In this document: positions 38,553-47,989 of the stretch, one piece after another
Numbering within the stretch: position 1 is the first letter of the stretch
Layout of the letters: every line of letters starts with the position of its first letter
Source of the DNA: a candidate division WOR-3 bacterium
Lineage (GTDB): Bacteria; Hydrothermota; Hydrothermia; LBFQ01
Length of the DNA: 64,000 bases
Direction: 5' to 3'
Assembly: GCA_027050205.1 (NCBI GenBank)
Contig: JALUCS010000093.1
Location: 35,533-99,532 of the forward strand
The notes under the pieces: generated by a model
What the model saw: only the letters and a program-made list of their open reading frames with translations
Database searches by the model: none
What the model was told of the DNA's origin: nothing
Translations under genes and position numbers: made by a program

Positions 38553-39539
38553 TCACTTCTCCTCCAACTTCAGTATGTCCGTTATCTTCACCCCCACCTG
38601 CGCCCCGCCGGAGAAGACGCTGCCGGTACGTTTGGCCTCAAGGCGCTTCTTATCCAGTTCGTAGGCCTCGTCGGGAAGCTCAACGTACCCGACGTCCCTT
38701 ATGAGGTTTTTCACATTAGTGAGATAGTAATCCACGAACTTCTTCACGTAGGGCTTCGTCTCGTAGGACTTCTTATTGACATAGATGAAGAGGGGTCGGG
38801 AGAGGGGTACGTACTTGCCGCTTACGACGTTCTCAACCGTAGGCATTACAGGGCCGTTCCCTCCGTCTATCGGCACGGCCTTCAGCTTGTCCTTGTTCTC
38901 AAGGTAGTAAGCTAGGCCGAAGTACCCCAGGGCGTACTTATCGGAGGCCACCCCTTGGACGAGGACGTTGTCGTCTTCGGAGGAAGTGTAGTCTCCCCTG
39001 CTGGCCCCCTCCTTCCCGACTATGGCCTTGGTGAAGTAGTCAAAGGTTCCGGAGTCTACGCCGGGGCCGTAGAGGTGTATCTCCTTGTCCGGCCATCCCT
39101 CCCTTATCTGGCTCCACTTCGTTATCTTCCCTTGGGATTCGGGCGCCCAGATCTTCCGCAGTTCCTCTACGGTCAGGTAGTCCACCCACGTGTTGTCGGG
39201 GTTGACGACGACGGTTATGGCGTCGTACCCTATGGGTAGCTCGTAGAACTCTATGCCGTTCTTCTTGCACAACTCCAGCTCCGTCGGCTTTATGGGGCGG
39301 GAGGCGTCGTTTATGTCCGTCTCACCCCTGCAGAACTTCTTGAAACCCCCACCCGTCCCCGATATCCCGACGGTCACCTTGATGTCGGGGTTGTCCTTCT
39401 GGAACTCCTCGGCTACGGCCTCGGTTATCGGATACACGGTTGAAGAGCCGTCTATGGAGACGACCTTGGTCCTCCTGGACTTCCCGCACCCGGAGAGGAG
39501 AGCCAGGACAGCAGCCGCAAGCAGAAACTTCCTCATCAT
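38553..39539 (-). CDS. pstS: Phosphate ABC transporter substrate-binding lipoprotein
   Basis: Lipobox [41 protein letters not shown]. Confidence 0.95.
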   Translation of the reverse strand: MMRKFLLAAAVLALLSGCGKSRRTKVVSIDGSSTVYPITEAVAEEFQKDNPDIKVTVGISGTGGGFKKFCRGETDINDASRPIKPTELELCKKNGIEFYELPIGYDAITVVVNPDNTWVDYLTVEELRKIWAPESQGKITKWSQIREGWPDKEIHLYGPGVDSGTFDYFTKAIVGKEGASRGDYTSSEDDNVLVQGVASDKYALGYFGLAYYLENKDKLKAVPIDGGNGPVMPTVENVVSGKYVPLSRPLFIYVNKKSYETKPYVKKFVDYYLTNVKNLIRDVGYVELPDEAYELDKKRLEAKRTGSVFSGGAQVGVKITDILKLEEK

Positions 39540-39553
39540 GGTTGTCCTTCCAT

Positions 39554-40576
39554 TTAAAACTTCGCCTCCGTATGGAGGCTAACCGTGGGGGTTTTCCCCT
39601 CCTTCCACCTGTAAGAGAGGGCTGCCCGGAGGTTGTCGCTAAGCCTGTAGGAGATGCCCCCTATGACGGTGTGAGCCGTATAGTTGGCCATGAGGTCGTA
39701 CCTGCCGAATAGGTTTAGATGCCCCTTGAGGAGGTGAAGGACGGCGAACGCAGACGCCCCTTTCGTGTAGGATCTGTAGGACGTCGTATAGTGCGCGTGG
39801 GTGAGCATCAGGGTCAGAGGGGTGGTCTTCAGGCTAAGGCCGGCGATGTACCTGTCCTTAAAGCCCAGGCCCTCCGTGGTCGTGTGGGCGAAGGCGTGTA
39901 TGCCCAGGAGGTCGCCGAAGCCGAAGAGGGCGGACGGATATACGGAGAGGCGGCCCATGACGTCCTTGTGGGGGTCGCTCTCAAGTTCCTTGTAGCCGTT
40001 CCCGTTGTATATACCGGCGTTGAGGTCCCACGGAAGCTGTTTGCACTTGTATATCAGGGAGGCTCCCATATCGGCTGTGTATTCCAAACCGGCGAGGTCG
40101 TAGGCCGTCTTCTCAACGAAGCGATGGCCCCAAAGCCCCTCCTCAAGCCCCGTCCATACCGTCGGGATGACCCCGAAGCGGAGGGTTAAAGAGCGCTTGT
40201 CGCTCTTCAGAGCCTTCCACTGGACGTAGGCGTGCTTCAAATACACGGCGTAGGCGCTCTTCTTTGAGGTCTCACCCACGAGTTTCGTCAGGGGGGCGAC
40301 GTCCGTCGTGAAGCGTATCAGGATGTCCCCTCTCCTGAACTTCGTTATGATATACATACGGTCCACGTAGAAGCCGTTCTCGTAGGGGGAGGAGGTGCCG
40401 ATGCTGTACCTTAGGTAGGTCTTCCCGCCGAACTTGAGGTTGCTTTCTTCCATAGAATTTTTAAAAGGACGAACCCTGCGTACCTGATGGACCGGTATGG
40501 TCTTAACCTCCGATACCTTGAGCCTTACAGTTCCCTTTAGGGTATCAACAGGGAAACCGATCATTAGGGCAATCAT
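39554..40576 (-). CDS. Outer-membrane porin (phosphate-porin-like)
   Basis: [24 protein letters not shown]-terminal F; upstream of pstS. Confidence 0.7.
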   Translation of the reverse strand: MIALMIGFPVDTLKGTVRLKVSEVKTIPVHQVRRVRPFKNSMEESNLKFGGKTYLRYSIGTSSPYENGFYVDRMYIITKFRRGDILIRFTTDVAPLTKLVGETSKKSAYAVYLKHAYVQWKALKSDKRSLTLRFGVIPTVWTGLEEGLWGHRFVEKTAYDLAGLEYTADMGASLIYKCKQLPWDLNAGIYNGNGYKELESDPHKDVMGRLSVYPSALFGFGDLLGIHAFAHTTTEGLGFKDRYIAGLSLKTTPLTLMLTHAHYTTSYRSYTKGASAFAVLHLLKGHLNLFGRYDLMANYTAHTVIGGISYRLSDNLRAALSYRWKEGKTPTVSLHTEAKF

Positions 40577-40680
40577 AAGCAGATAGTATTCTACCGATGT
40601 ATAACCTTCCGGTGGGTCGCCTGTGTTTGCTCCGTTCGGAGCATACCGCGTCTAGTATAGGGATAATGGCGAACCGATAA

Positions 40681-40788
40681 GGGTATTACGCCGATAGGGG
40701 AAACAGCTCCACTCTCATCCTCAAAAAATGAAAGTTGAACTTGGTGGCACTTCAAGATTCCTTTACTCCCATTAGCGGATTCTGAAAA
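40681..40788 (+). repeat. Motif C plus internally shortened ~84-bp element
   Basis: GGGTATTACGCCGATAGG...CCTCAAAAAATGAAAGTTGAAC...CTTCAAGATTCCTTTACTCCCATTAGCGGATTCTGAAAA. Confidence 0.8.
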
Positions 40789-40910
40789 CACCGGTACATT
40801 CCACTTTCAAATTCTGGTATTCAAAGGATAGAGGGATTGGCAGGTTCTGTAGCTATGGGATTGATAGAAACGTGAATCCCCACTGTAATGCTGACCTTTG
40901 AATGCAAGCC

Positions 40911-40993
40911 ATTTTAAAATTCTAAAGTTGTATTTTAAAAAACTTAAAATGTGTGTTTAAAAAATTGAAAGTACTACTTTAAGATTTTGGAAC
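40911..40993 (+). repeat. AT-rich tandem ~22-bp units with phased A/T tracts
   Basis: TTTAA at 40913, 40934, 40956 and 40978. Confidence 0.7.
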
Positions 40994-41195
40994 CCTACAG
41001 ATCTGAGGATTGGATGTCGTCTATTGTTTTCATTTGGAGACGTTGGTCACGGGGCATCATTCCATAAGCGTAATATCTCCTCCTATCGCACCCTATCCGG
41101 CATTGTATTCAACCTCCCTCCGGAACCGGCTTTCGGGAAGTACGGGCCATAATTGACAGAAGCCGCCAACACGACACAGTACAGGAAATTCGCTC

Positions 41196-41227
41196 CAACC
41201 CCACCTGAAAGCAACCCCACCTGAAAG
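41196..41227 (+). repeat. Perfect 16-bp tandem duplication
   Basis: CAACCCCACCTGAAAG x2. Confidence 0.9.
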
Positions 41228-41283
41228 ACCATCGGCCGGATACGGGAGACCCTCACCTGCGGGCTAAAACGCCCAAAGGCCTA

Positions 41284-41844
41284 TCATTTCCCACCCTTCA
41301 GCACCTCTAAGGCCTTTCCCGGTCCCTCCTCCTCGTTCTGACTCAACACGAAAAGAACCTCGTCCAAGAGGGTCAAGAGCTTTTCGTCTATGGAGTTCCT
41401 GCGAACGGCCCTGTCCACGAGGTCGTAGAGAGTGGAGAGCAACCTCTGGGTACTCCGCAGGGTACGGAGGCCAGGACTGTAATGGAGCATCTCAAGGATG
41501 TCCATTATCCTATCGTACAGCTCCTGGTAGCCCTCAACTTCCCTCCCCTCCTCCAAGCGGGTCAAGAGATCCATAAAGGCGTTGAGAAGTTCGGCCATAA
41601 CGGAGAAGACCGTTTCCCTCTCCGGCTCCGTCTTCCCCAACCCCATCTGGTTGGAGACGATATCCGCCATGTACTGGAGTATGGGAACCAACCTACCGTC
41701 GGGCGCTACCCCCATCGCCTCGGCGAGGGATTTGAGCATCTTCTCCATATAACCCTTGCGGCGTTTGTAGGAATCGTAAGGCTCCATGAAGTACGAGGTG
41801 ACCCACGACTTCACCTCAACCAGTTTGCCAATGAAGGTCTCCAT
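41284..41844 (-). CDS. Hypothetical all-helical protein
   Basis: Typical codon use; ATG lies 8 nt after TACAAT. Confidence 0.65.
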   Translation of the reverse strand: METFIGKLVEVKSWVTSYFMEPYDSYKRRKGYMEKMLKSLAEAMGVAPDGRLVPILQYMADIVSNQMGLGKTEPERETVFSVMAELLNAFMDLLTRLEEGREVEGYQELYDRIMDILEMLHYSPGLRTLRSTQRLLSTLYDLVDRAVRRNSIDEKLLTLLDEVLFVLSQNEEEGPGKALEVLKGGK

Positions 41845-41878
41845 AGGCCGATATTGTATCCCCGCTTAGAATAGGGAG

Positions 41879-42526
41879 ATGTTCGGCATAGGGACGGTCC
41901 TTGACAAGATAACGAGCCTGTTTTGGGGCTTCGGCTTCCTCTACCATCTCGGTGGGGGCGTATCCTTCCCCACCACCGCCTCCCTGAACGGCTACCTTAG
42001 GGACTACGGTTATCCATCCGTCCCGGAGGCCTACCTCTCCGAGGTGTCGGGATGGAGGATCTTCCTGAAGGGCTACACCGTATCCAGATTCTCTGGCAGC
42101 ATATGGGGAGGGGAGGCGACCTCCGGGGATAAGGTGGTCTCCATAGACGGGAGCTACTCCTACTACTCCCTTGGGAAACTCCTGACCCTCAAGAGCGGGA
42201 CCTTCTACCTCCTGCCATCGGTAGGGCTTGGGCGATCCAACCTAACCCTGACGGTGGGGGACAACGTCGTCCGGTTTGACTCTCTCCTATCATCGCCTGG
42301 GAACGTCTCCACCCTCCGGACCGACTCGTGGATCCTGACCCCCGAAGCGGAGTTCCTCTGGAGGAAGGAGGCCTTCCTGTTTCTGGGGGCGAGGTTGGGG
42401 TACATGCTCGCCTTCCCCAAAGGGAGATGGACGACGGAGGGTGTGGAGGTGAAGGGAGGCCCAAATACGGCTATGGACGGTCTATATTTCAACCTAACCA
42501 TAGGGTTGGGGTTCGTGGTGCTTTAA
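41879..42526 (+). CDS. Hypothetical outer-membrane beta-barrel protein
   Basis: Gly/aromatic strands, terminal GLYFNLTIGLGF. Confidence 0.6.
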   Translation: MFGIGTVLDKITSLFWGFGFLYHLGGGVSFPTTASLNGYLRDYGYPSVPEAYLSEVSGWRIFLKGYTVSRFSGSIWGGEATSGDKVVSIDGSYSYYSLGKLLTLKSGTFYLLPSVGLGRSNLTLTVGDNVVRFDSLLSSPGNVSTLRTDSWILTPEAEFLWRKEAFLFLGARLGYMLAFPKGRWTTEGVEVKGGPNTAMDGLYFNLTIGLGFVVL

Positions 42527-42563
42527 CAAGCACGATAATTTATCTTCCTTATAATACCCTCCT

Positions 42564-42833
42564 ATGACGAAAGGGGAACTCATAACGCGGCTCAAGAACA
42601 GGACGGGCTTGACCAAGCAGCAGCTTGCCGAGATCGTTGATGCCCTGCTGGCCGAGCTGGCGGAGGCCTTCATCCGCCAGGAGAGGGTTGAGATAAGGGG
42701 CTTCGGGGTGTTCATCCCCGTACACCGCAAGCGCAAGAAGAGCGACGAGAAGCTCCCCCGCATAAAGTTCAAGCTCTCGCAGGTGATAAGGCAGAAGATG
42801 ATAGAGGAGGAACGGAAGAGGAGGAAAGGGTAA
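42564..42833 (+). CDS. HU/IHF family DNA-binding protein with shortened arm
   Basis: MTKGELI, RVEIRGFGVF, KFK; no GRNP. Confidence 0.85.
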   Translation: MTKGELITRLKNRTGLTKQQLAEIVDALLAELAEAFIRQERVEIRGFGVFIPVHRKRKKSDEKLPRIKFKLSQVIRQKMIEEERKRRKG

Positions 42834-42922
42834 TGCCCTGCGGACGCAAGCGGAAGCTGAAGAAGATAAAGAAGCACAAGCTCAAGAAGCGCCGCAAGAA
42901 GATGCGTCACAAGAAGAAGTGA
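42833..42922 (+). CDS. Small ribosomal protein bS22 (AURKAIP1/COX24 domain), 29 aa, absent from ORF track
   Basis: MPCGRKRKLKKIKKHKLKKRRKKMRHKKK; TAATG and GTGA couplings to neighbours. Confidence 0.88.
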   Translation: MPCGRKRKLKKIKKHKLKKRRKKMRHKKK

Positions 42923-43533
42923 GGGAGAGCCTCCCCCTCCTCGCCGTTGATACGGCCTATAAGTTCTTCAGCGTAGCGCTTTGGAAAGAGGGGAAAGTGC
43001 GCGAGATGAAGGAGGGGGAGGCCTTCAGACACGTAGAAGGGCTGAATCTAAAGGTTCGGAATCTCCTGAAAGGGGAGGGGATTAGGATAACGGACATAGG
43101 TGCGGTCCTCATAACGGTGGGACCCGGCTACTTCACCTCCCTAAGGGTGGCGGCATCCTTCGCCAAGGCCCTCCACCTGACTTTCGGCATCCCCATCTAC
43201 GGCTTTGGCTCCCTGCAGGCCATGGCTGTGGGGGTAGAGGACGGACGGTACATAGCCACGATGGACGCCCGTAAGGGTCAGGTGTATGCCCAAACCTTCA
43301 AAGTGGAGGGGGGAATACCCATAGAGGACGGGGTCATCCCCCTGGGGATATACGGCTCCGACGACCTCCCCTACGGAAGGTACGCTCCCCTACCTCCGCC
43401 GGAGGAGAGCCTTAGGGCCTCAAACCTCTTCCCTCTGTACTTCGCCGGCCTCGGCGACGAGTTGGAACCGAACTTCTCGCCCCTCTACCTCCGGCCGCCC
43501 GACGCCGTCGTGAACAGGCGACGGGAAGCCTGA
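42919..43533 (+). CDS. tsaB: tRNA t6A biosynthesis protein TsaB
   Basis: LAVDTA, VGPGYFTSLRV, MDARKGQVY, PLYLRPPDA. Confidence 0.92.
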   Translation: MRESLPLLAVDTAYKFFSVALWKEGKVREMKEGEAFRHVEGLNLKVRNLLKGEGIRITDIGAVLITVGPGYFTSLRVAASFAKALHLTFGIPIYGFGSLQAMAVGVEDGRYIATMDARKGQVYAQTFKVEGGIPIEDGVIPLGIYGSDDLPYGRYAPLPPPEESLRASNLFPLYFAGLGDELEPNFSPLYLRPPDAVVNRRREA

Positions 43534-43561
43534 TCCCTTTCGGGGGTAAAATAACCCACCT

Positions 43562-44761
43562 ATGAGGCTACTAACGATAAGAGATGAGACCGAGGCTTTT
43601 AAAGGCAAGAGGGTTCTCGTCAGGGTAGACTACAACGTCGTAAAAGGTGGGAAGATAAGCGACACCTACAGGATAGACAGGACCCTGCCCACGATTAAAG
43701 CTCTCCTTAATGCTGGAGCCAAGCAGGTGGTCCTCGCCTCCCACTCCGGTAGGCCCAAGGGAAGGGATAAGTCCTTGAGTCTGAAGCCCATCGTAAAGTA
43801 CCTGAAGGATAAGCTGGGGGAGGAGGTGGGCTTCGTTGAGAACGTAATAAACGATGAGGCTCCGGAGGATAAGAGGGTGGTCCTCCTTGAGAACCTCCGC
43901 TTCTGGGAGGGGGAGAAGAAGGACGACCCCGAATTCGCCAAGGCCCTGTCCAAATTCGGAGAACTTTACGTAAACGACGCCTTCGGCGTATCCCACCGGA
44001 GGAACGCCTCCGTCCACGCCATAAAGGACTTTTACGACAAGCGGTACGCCGGTCTCCTTATGGCCGAGGAGGTGGAGAATCTGACCACCGTACGGGACAA
44101 CCCCGAAAGGCCCTTCCACGTCCTCTTCGGCGGGGCCAAGATAAAGGACAAGATACCCGTCCTTGAGTCCCTCGTTCAAAAGGCGGACAGGATATACATC
44201 GGTGGAGCCATGGCCTACACCTTCCTGAAAGCCAAAGGTAAGGAGGTGGGCCGGTCCCTCGTAGACGAGGAACACCTGGATTGGGCCAAGAGCTTCCTGG
44301 AGAAGAACGGGAAGAAGCTCGTCCTCCCCTCGGATCACGTGTGCGCCACTGCCCCCGTAGAGGAGTGCGGTAAGGGGTACGAGGTCAGGGACGTTGAGAG
44401 TGAGGACATACCCGACGACCTCGTCGGCTACGACATAGGGTGGGAGACCGTAAAGAGGTACAGGGAAGGTCTTAAAAAGGCCCAAATGGTCTTCTGGAAC
44501 GGCCCGATGGGGATGTTTGAGTGCGAGGACTTTGAGTGCGGTACCAAGCTCCTCGCCATATTCCTCTCCTCCCTCAAGGACGACGGGAAGAAGGTTGTCG
44601 TGGGTGGAGGGGACACGGTGGCGGCCATCTCCCGTTTCCACATCCCCTACGAGGACTTCCACTTCGTATCTACGGGAGGAGGGGCAGCCCTTGAGTTCCT
44701 CGCGGGTAAGGAGCTACCCGGCATAGCCATAATCACCAGGAAGACCAAGAAGGAGGATTAG
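43562..44761 (+). CDS. pgk: Phosphoglycerate kinase
   Basis: VRVDYNV, SHSGRP, LLENLRF, WNGPMG, GGGDT, STGGGA. Confidence 0.97.
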   Translation: MRLLTIRDETEAFKGKRVLVRVDYNVVKGGKISDTYRIDRTLPTIKALLNAGAKQVVLASHSGRPKGRDKSLSLKPIVKYLKDKLGEEVGFVENVINDEAPEDKRVVLLENLRFWEGEKKDDPEFAKALSKFGELYVNDAFGVSHRRNASVHAIKDFYDKRYAGLLMAEEVENLTTVRDNPERPFHVLFGGAKIKDKIPVLESLVQKADRIYIGGAMAYTFLKAKGKEVGRSLVDEEHLDWAKSFLEKNGKKLVLPSDHVCATAPVEECGKGYEVRDVESEDIPDDLVGYDIGWETVKRYREGLKKAQMVFWNGPMGMFECEDFECGTKLLAIFLSSLKDDGKKVVVGGGDTVAAISRFHIPYEDFHFVSTGGGAALEFLAGKELPGIAIITRKTKKED

Positions 44762-44764
44762 AAG

Positions 44765-45577
44765 TTGCGAATCTTCCACAGGATCCTCGCGGCGGTGGAC
44801 CTCTCGGAGAACAGCGAGCAGGTCAGGAGCTGGGCGGAAGGTATGGCCCAGAGCCTGGGGGACGTCGTTGACTACGTGGGCGTGTTCCCCCGCTTCCCCG
44901 ACATATACATGACCGTCCTGGGCTGGAGCAAGGACTTCATACAGAACGTAAACCGCGCCAAGGAGGAGATGTTCAGGGAGATGAGTAGGCGGTACGGGGG
45001 AGCGGGCAAGGTCCACGAGCTGGAGGGCGTACCCGACGAGACCATCGTCTCCTTCGCCAGAGACAGGAAGGCCTCCCTCGTCGTCATGGGTTTCAGGGGG
45101 GCGGGTAGGTCAAGGATACCCATAGGCAGTACCGCCCTCGGCGTTATAAGGAAGTCCGACAGGAACGTCCTCCTCGTAAGTTCGTCCTTCAACCCGCCCA
45201 AGAGGATAGCCGTGACCCACAGCTTCAGGCCCACGGACAAGAGCGCCCTCCTCATAGCCTCGGCCATAGCCAAGACCTTCGGGGCGACCCTGTACCGGGT
45301 CCACGTGATAGACACCCACTTCTACAGGCTCATACCGGGGGACCTGAAGGAGGAGCTGAAGTTTGAGATAGAGATGGAGCTGTCCAAGTCCATCCCCGGT
45401 GTGAATACGGTCCCCGTGGTCCTTGACGGGGACGTCCCTATGGAGCTGGCACACTGGGCGGCGAAGAACGACATAGACATCGTGGTCTTCGGCTCCGAGC
45501 CTAACAAGATAGGCCTCGCCATACAGGAGTTCCTGATGCAGACGGTGAACAACGTCTTGGTGTGCCGTGGGCTTTGA
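44765..45577 (+). CDS. Tandem universal stress protein
   Basis: ILAAVDLS, VVMG..G, IGSTA; second Usp domain. Confidence 0.88.
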   Translation: MRIFHRILAAVDLSENSEQVRSWAEGMAQSLGDVVDYVGVFPRFPDIYMTVLGWSKDFIQNVNRAKEEMFREMSRRYGGAGKVHELEGVPDETIVSFARDRKASLVVMGFRGAGRSRIPIGSTALGVIRKSDRNVLLVSSSFNPPKRIAVTHSFRPTDKSALLIASAIAKTFGATLYRVHVIDTHFYRLIPGDLKEELKFEIEMELSKSIPGVNTVPVVLDGDVPMELAHWAAKNDIDIVVFGSEPNKIGLAIQEFLMQTVNNVLVCRGL

Positions 45578-46218
45578 TCTCCTTCCTCGCCGACTTGAGG
45601 GGTACCTATCCCCTCGGCGGGGATAACCTGCTGTTCCCTGTAAAGTGCGGGGACCTACCCACCCTCCGTTTCGGAGGGGGAAGGATGTTCGGGATGGTGA
45701 GTGAGGGTTTCCTGTCCTTTTCCCTACACTCCGTCGCCCTCGGTATCCGGTACTACGGCACGGGGGACAGCCTCTTCTCCGATTACTCCGGGTATCTTGC
45801 TGTGAGGTTCGGTAGGTTGGGGGTATCGGCCTCCTACGGCTCCAACTCCGTAGGGAGCAGCCGGAGTACCTACGGCGGGGCGATGGTGTCCTTTGAGGGC
45901 AGGGCCTCGCCCGTGATCTTGAGGGTGTCGGCAGGGTACGTAATTACGCCCATACTGGCGGCGGAAGGCGACTTGAGACGGACGGATTCGGGCATTAGGT
46001 TCGTGGCCGTCTCCCGGCCGGGGATCTACGTAGATGTGGCCGTCCTCCCCTACATCCACGTTGGCCAGATTTCAATAGGGGGACTCTACCGGACCTCCGG
46101 GAACACCTTCGGCCTCTTCCTATCCTATCGCCACACCCTTGGCCTCCTCTCCCTCCTCTTCTCCACCCACGAGGCCCTCGGAGAGGGCGTACTTTCGGAC
46201 AACCTACTGGTCCTCTAA
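45562..46218 (+). CDS. Hypothetical protein, probable beta-barrel
   Basis: Fills the gap between usp and dut; strand-like composition; start uncertain. Confidence 0.55.
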   Translation: MPWALISFLADLRGTYPLGGDNLLFPVKCGDLPTLRFGGGRMFGMVSEGFLSFSLHSVALGIRYYGTGDSLFSDYSGYLAVRFGRLGVSASYGSNSVGSSRSTYGGAMVSFEGRASPVILRVSAGYVITPILAAEGDLRRTDSGIRFVAVSRPGIYVDVAVLPYIHVGQISIGGLYRTSGNTFGLFLSYRHTLGLLSLLFSTHEALGEGVLSDNLLVL

Positions 46219-46637
46219 CCGCCGGAGCTTCCGAAACCCCTCTCTCGCCTCTCGCTATCGGACAGCTCCCCCTCTACCACCTCCCAATCCGTTAGTTTAA
46301 TAGGGACGAGTTGGGCTATCTTCTGCCCCTCCTCCACGACCACCTCCTCCCCGAAGGAGACCATAACGACCCTTATCTCACCCCTGTAGCCGTTGTCTAT
46401 GACCCCCGCGAGGGTATGCACCCCCTTTAGGGCCATGGAGGAGCGGTCTTTTATGAAGGCCCCCCAGCCCTCCGGAAGTTCAACGGCTATGCCGGTGGGG
46501 ATGGCGACAGGTTCCAGGGGGCGGAGTACGGCCTTAGAAAGGGCGTAGAGGTCGTAGCCGAGGTCTCCCTCGTAGGCCTTGGTGGGAAGTTTCGCCTTGG
46601 GATGCAACCGCTTCACCTTCAACTTCGGCCTGTCCAA
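46215..46637 (-). CDS. dut: dUTP diphosphatase
   Basis: GYDL, RSS, GVID.GYRGE, IAQL, RGFGSSG. Confidence 0.96.
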   Translation of the reverse strand: MDRPKLKVKRLHPKAKLPTKAYEGDLGYDLYALSKAVLRPLEPVAIPTGIAVELPEGWGAFIKDRSSMALKGVHTLAGVIDNGYRGEIRVVMVSFGEEVVVEEGQKIAQLVPIKLTDWEVVEGELSDSERRERGFGSSGG

Positions 46638-46761
46638 GGGCGGGTATTGTAAGGGGGGAGGTGTTTTGTATATCTCTCCTCGGAAACTGCATCGTACAAT
46701 CCGGCGGATACTCCGACGGATGTATTACGCCGGCCATCCCTCGCTGGAGGTGGCACAGCGC

Positions 46762-46880
46762 CCTTTCAAAAACCGTAAGTCTGACGTCAAAAAATCATAA
46801 GTTGCCCTTCAAGATTCTTGCAATCAAGATTCTTGCAATCCCAATTGTGGATTTTGAAAGTAGGGTATTTCCCCGATAGG
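46762..46880 (+). repeat. ~84-bp element with internal 15-bp duplication, followed by motif C
   Basis: CAAGATTCTTGCAAT x2 at 46810-46839; GGGTATTTCCCCGATAGG at 46863-46880; partial motif C at 46722. Confidence 0.85.
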
Positions 46881-47473
46881 TGGATAGTTCAGAGGCTGCG
46901 TATCCGCCAAACGCCTCGTTATTCTCGGTGTGAATCTTGGCGTTGCACCTTCAATGAACGATTGTGGTCATCAACTTTTGGGGATTGTGCCGATGGTTCT
47001 ACACTACAAAAACAGGCATAACTTTATCTGCAGAATACCAACTTTTGAGCGAAATTTTGTTATATTAGAATCTAAACCCAAAAATTGCGTAATTTTACAA
47101 CGATAAGCCGCCGATATTACAATATTCGGTTTCATATAAAGCATCTCAACCGAAAGTGGGGCCACCCCATTGGCCGAATACGTCCCCCTCGGAGCCTATG
47201 GCACCGTTAAAAGTCGGTATAGGAGTGTCTCACCTTTACAAAAATACGTTGAAAAGTGCGACAGTGCGATTTCCGGTGGGACGGTGGTTATAGGTCGCAT
47301 CCCAAAGTTAGGGGCATACCTTTAAGGCGGCAATCCGGTTGAGTTCGTAGGAGGGCGGTTCCATCTGATTTTATGAGGTTGATAGTGTAAATGTGCCTGC
47401 GAATCCTACAGGGGTAGGAGGAGAAGGCCCGGTTTTAAGGCCCCCATTCATAGGCGACGTTGGAGGTTAGAAT

Positions 47474-47989
47474 ATGGTGATGGACCTCTTCGGCTTCCGG
47501 GTGGAGGTTGTCTTCCTCCTCGCCGGTGGTAGGCCCCTCACCTACGCCTGGCACTATACGAGAGACAGGGCGTTGAAACATCTAAGGAAGATAGCAGAGT
47601 ACCACGGCATAGAGGGTGAGGTAGTTGAAGACGGCGGCCCCCTGAAGTGGTTGGAGGATGAGGTTAAGGCCGTAGTTTTAAAGGGGAAGAGGTTCATCCT
47701 GCCCGATTTCCCGTACAGGCACCGGGAGGTGTATGAGGCCTTACTGCGGATACCGAGGGGGCAGGTAAGGACCTACGGTGAGGTGGCCAAGGAGATCGTC
47801 GTCCCTTTCCCTACCCTCCTAACCGCCCTTATGAGGAAGCCCTTCCAGATCCTGATCCCCTGTCATAGGCTCATAACCTCCAAGGGTACCCTTATGGGCT
47901 TCTACCCCCTCGGAAGGGAGGTAAAGGGGAGGCTGCTGTGTGTTGAGAGGGCTATCAGATGTAGTCCTCCCTCCGGACGACGTTCCTAA
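47474..47989 (+). CDS. ogt: Methylated-DNA-protein-cysteine methyltransferase family protein
   Basis: IPRGQVRTYGEVA, IPCHR active site. Confidence 0.85.
   Translation: MVMDLFGFRVEVVFLLAGGRPLTYAWHYTRDRALKHLRKIAEYHGIEGEVVEDGGPLKWLEDEVKAVVLKGKRFILPDFPYRHREVYEALLRIPRGQVRTYGEVAKEIVVPFPTLLTALMRKPFQILIPCHRLITSKGTLMGFYPLGREVKGRLLCVERAIRCSPPSGRRS

Noticed and set aside
40577..40700. Pho box upstream of porin-pstS
   Set aside because: No convincing 11-bp-spaced direct repeat; only a short hairpin TGCTCCG-TT-CGGAGCA of unknown role
43571..44662. 363-aa antisense ORF
   Set aside because: Shadow of pgk caused by codon bias; the same applies to 33490-34146, 5553-6110 and 23323-23910
47474..47989. ogt as a pseudogene (RKPF instead of RNP; 35-nt overlap with the convergent gene)
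   Set aside because: The PCHR active site and reading frame are intact, so evidence of decay is insufficient
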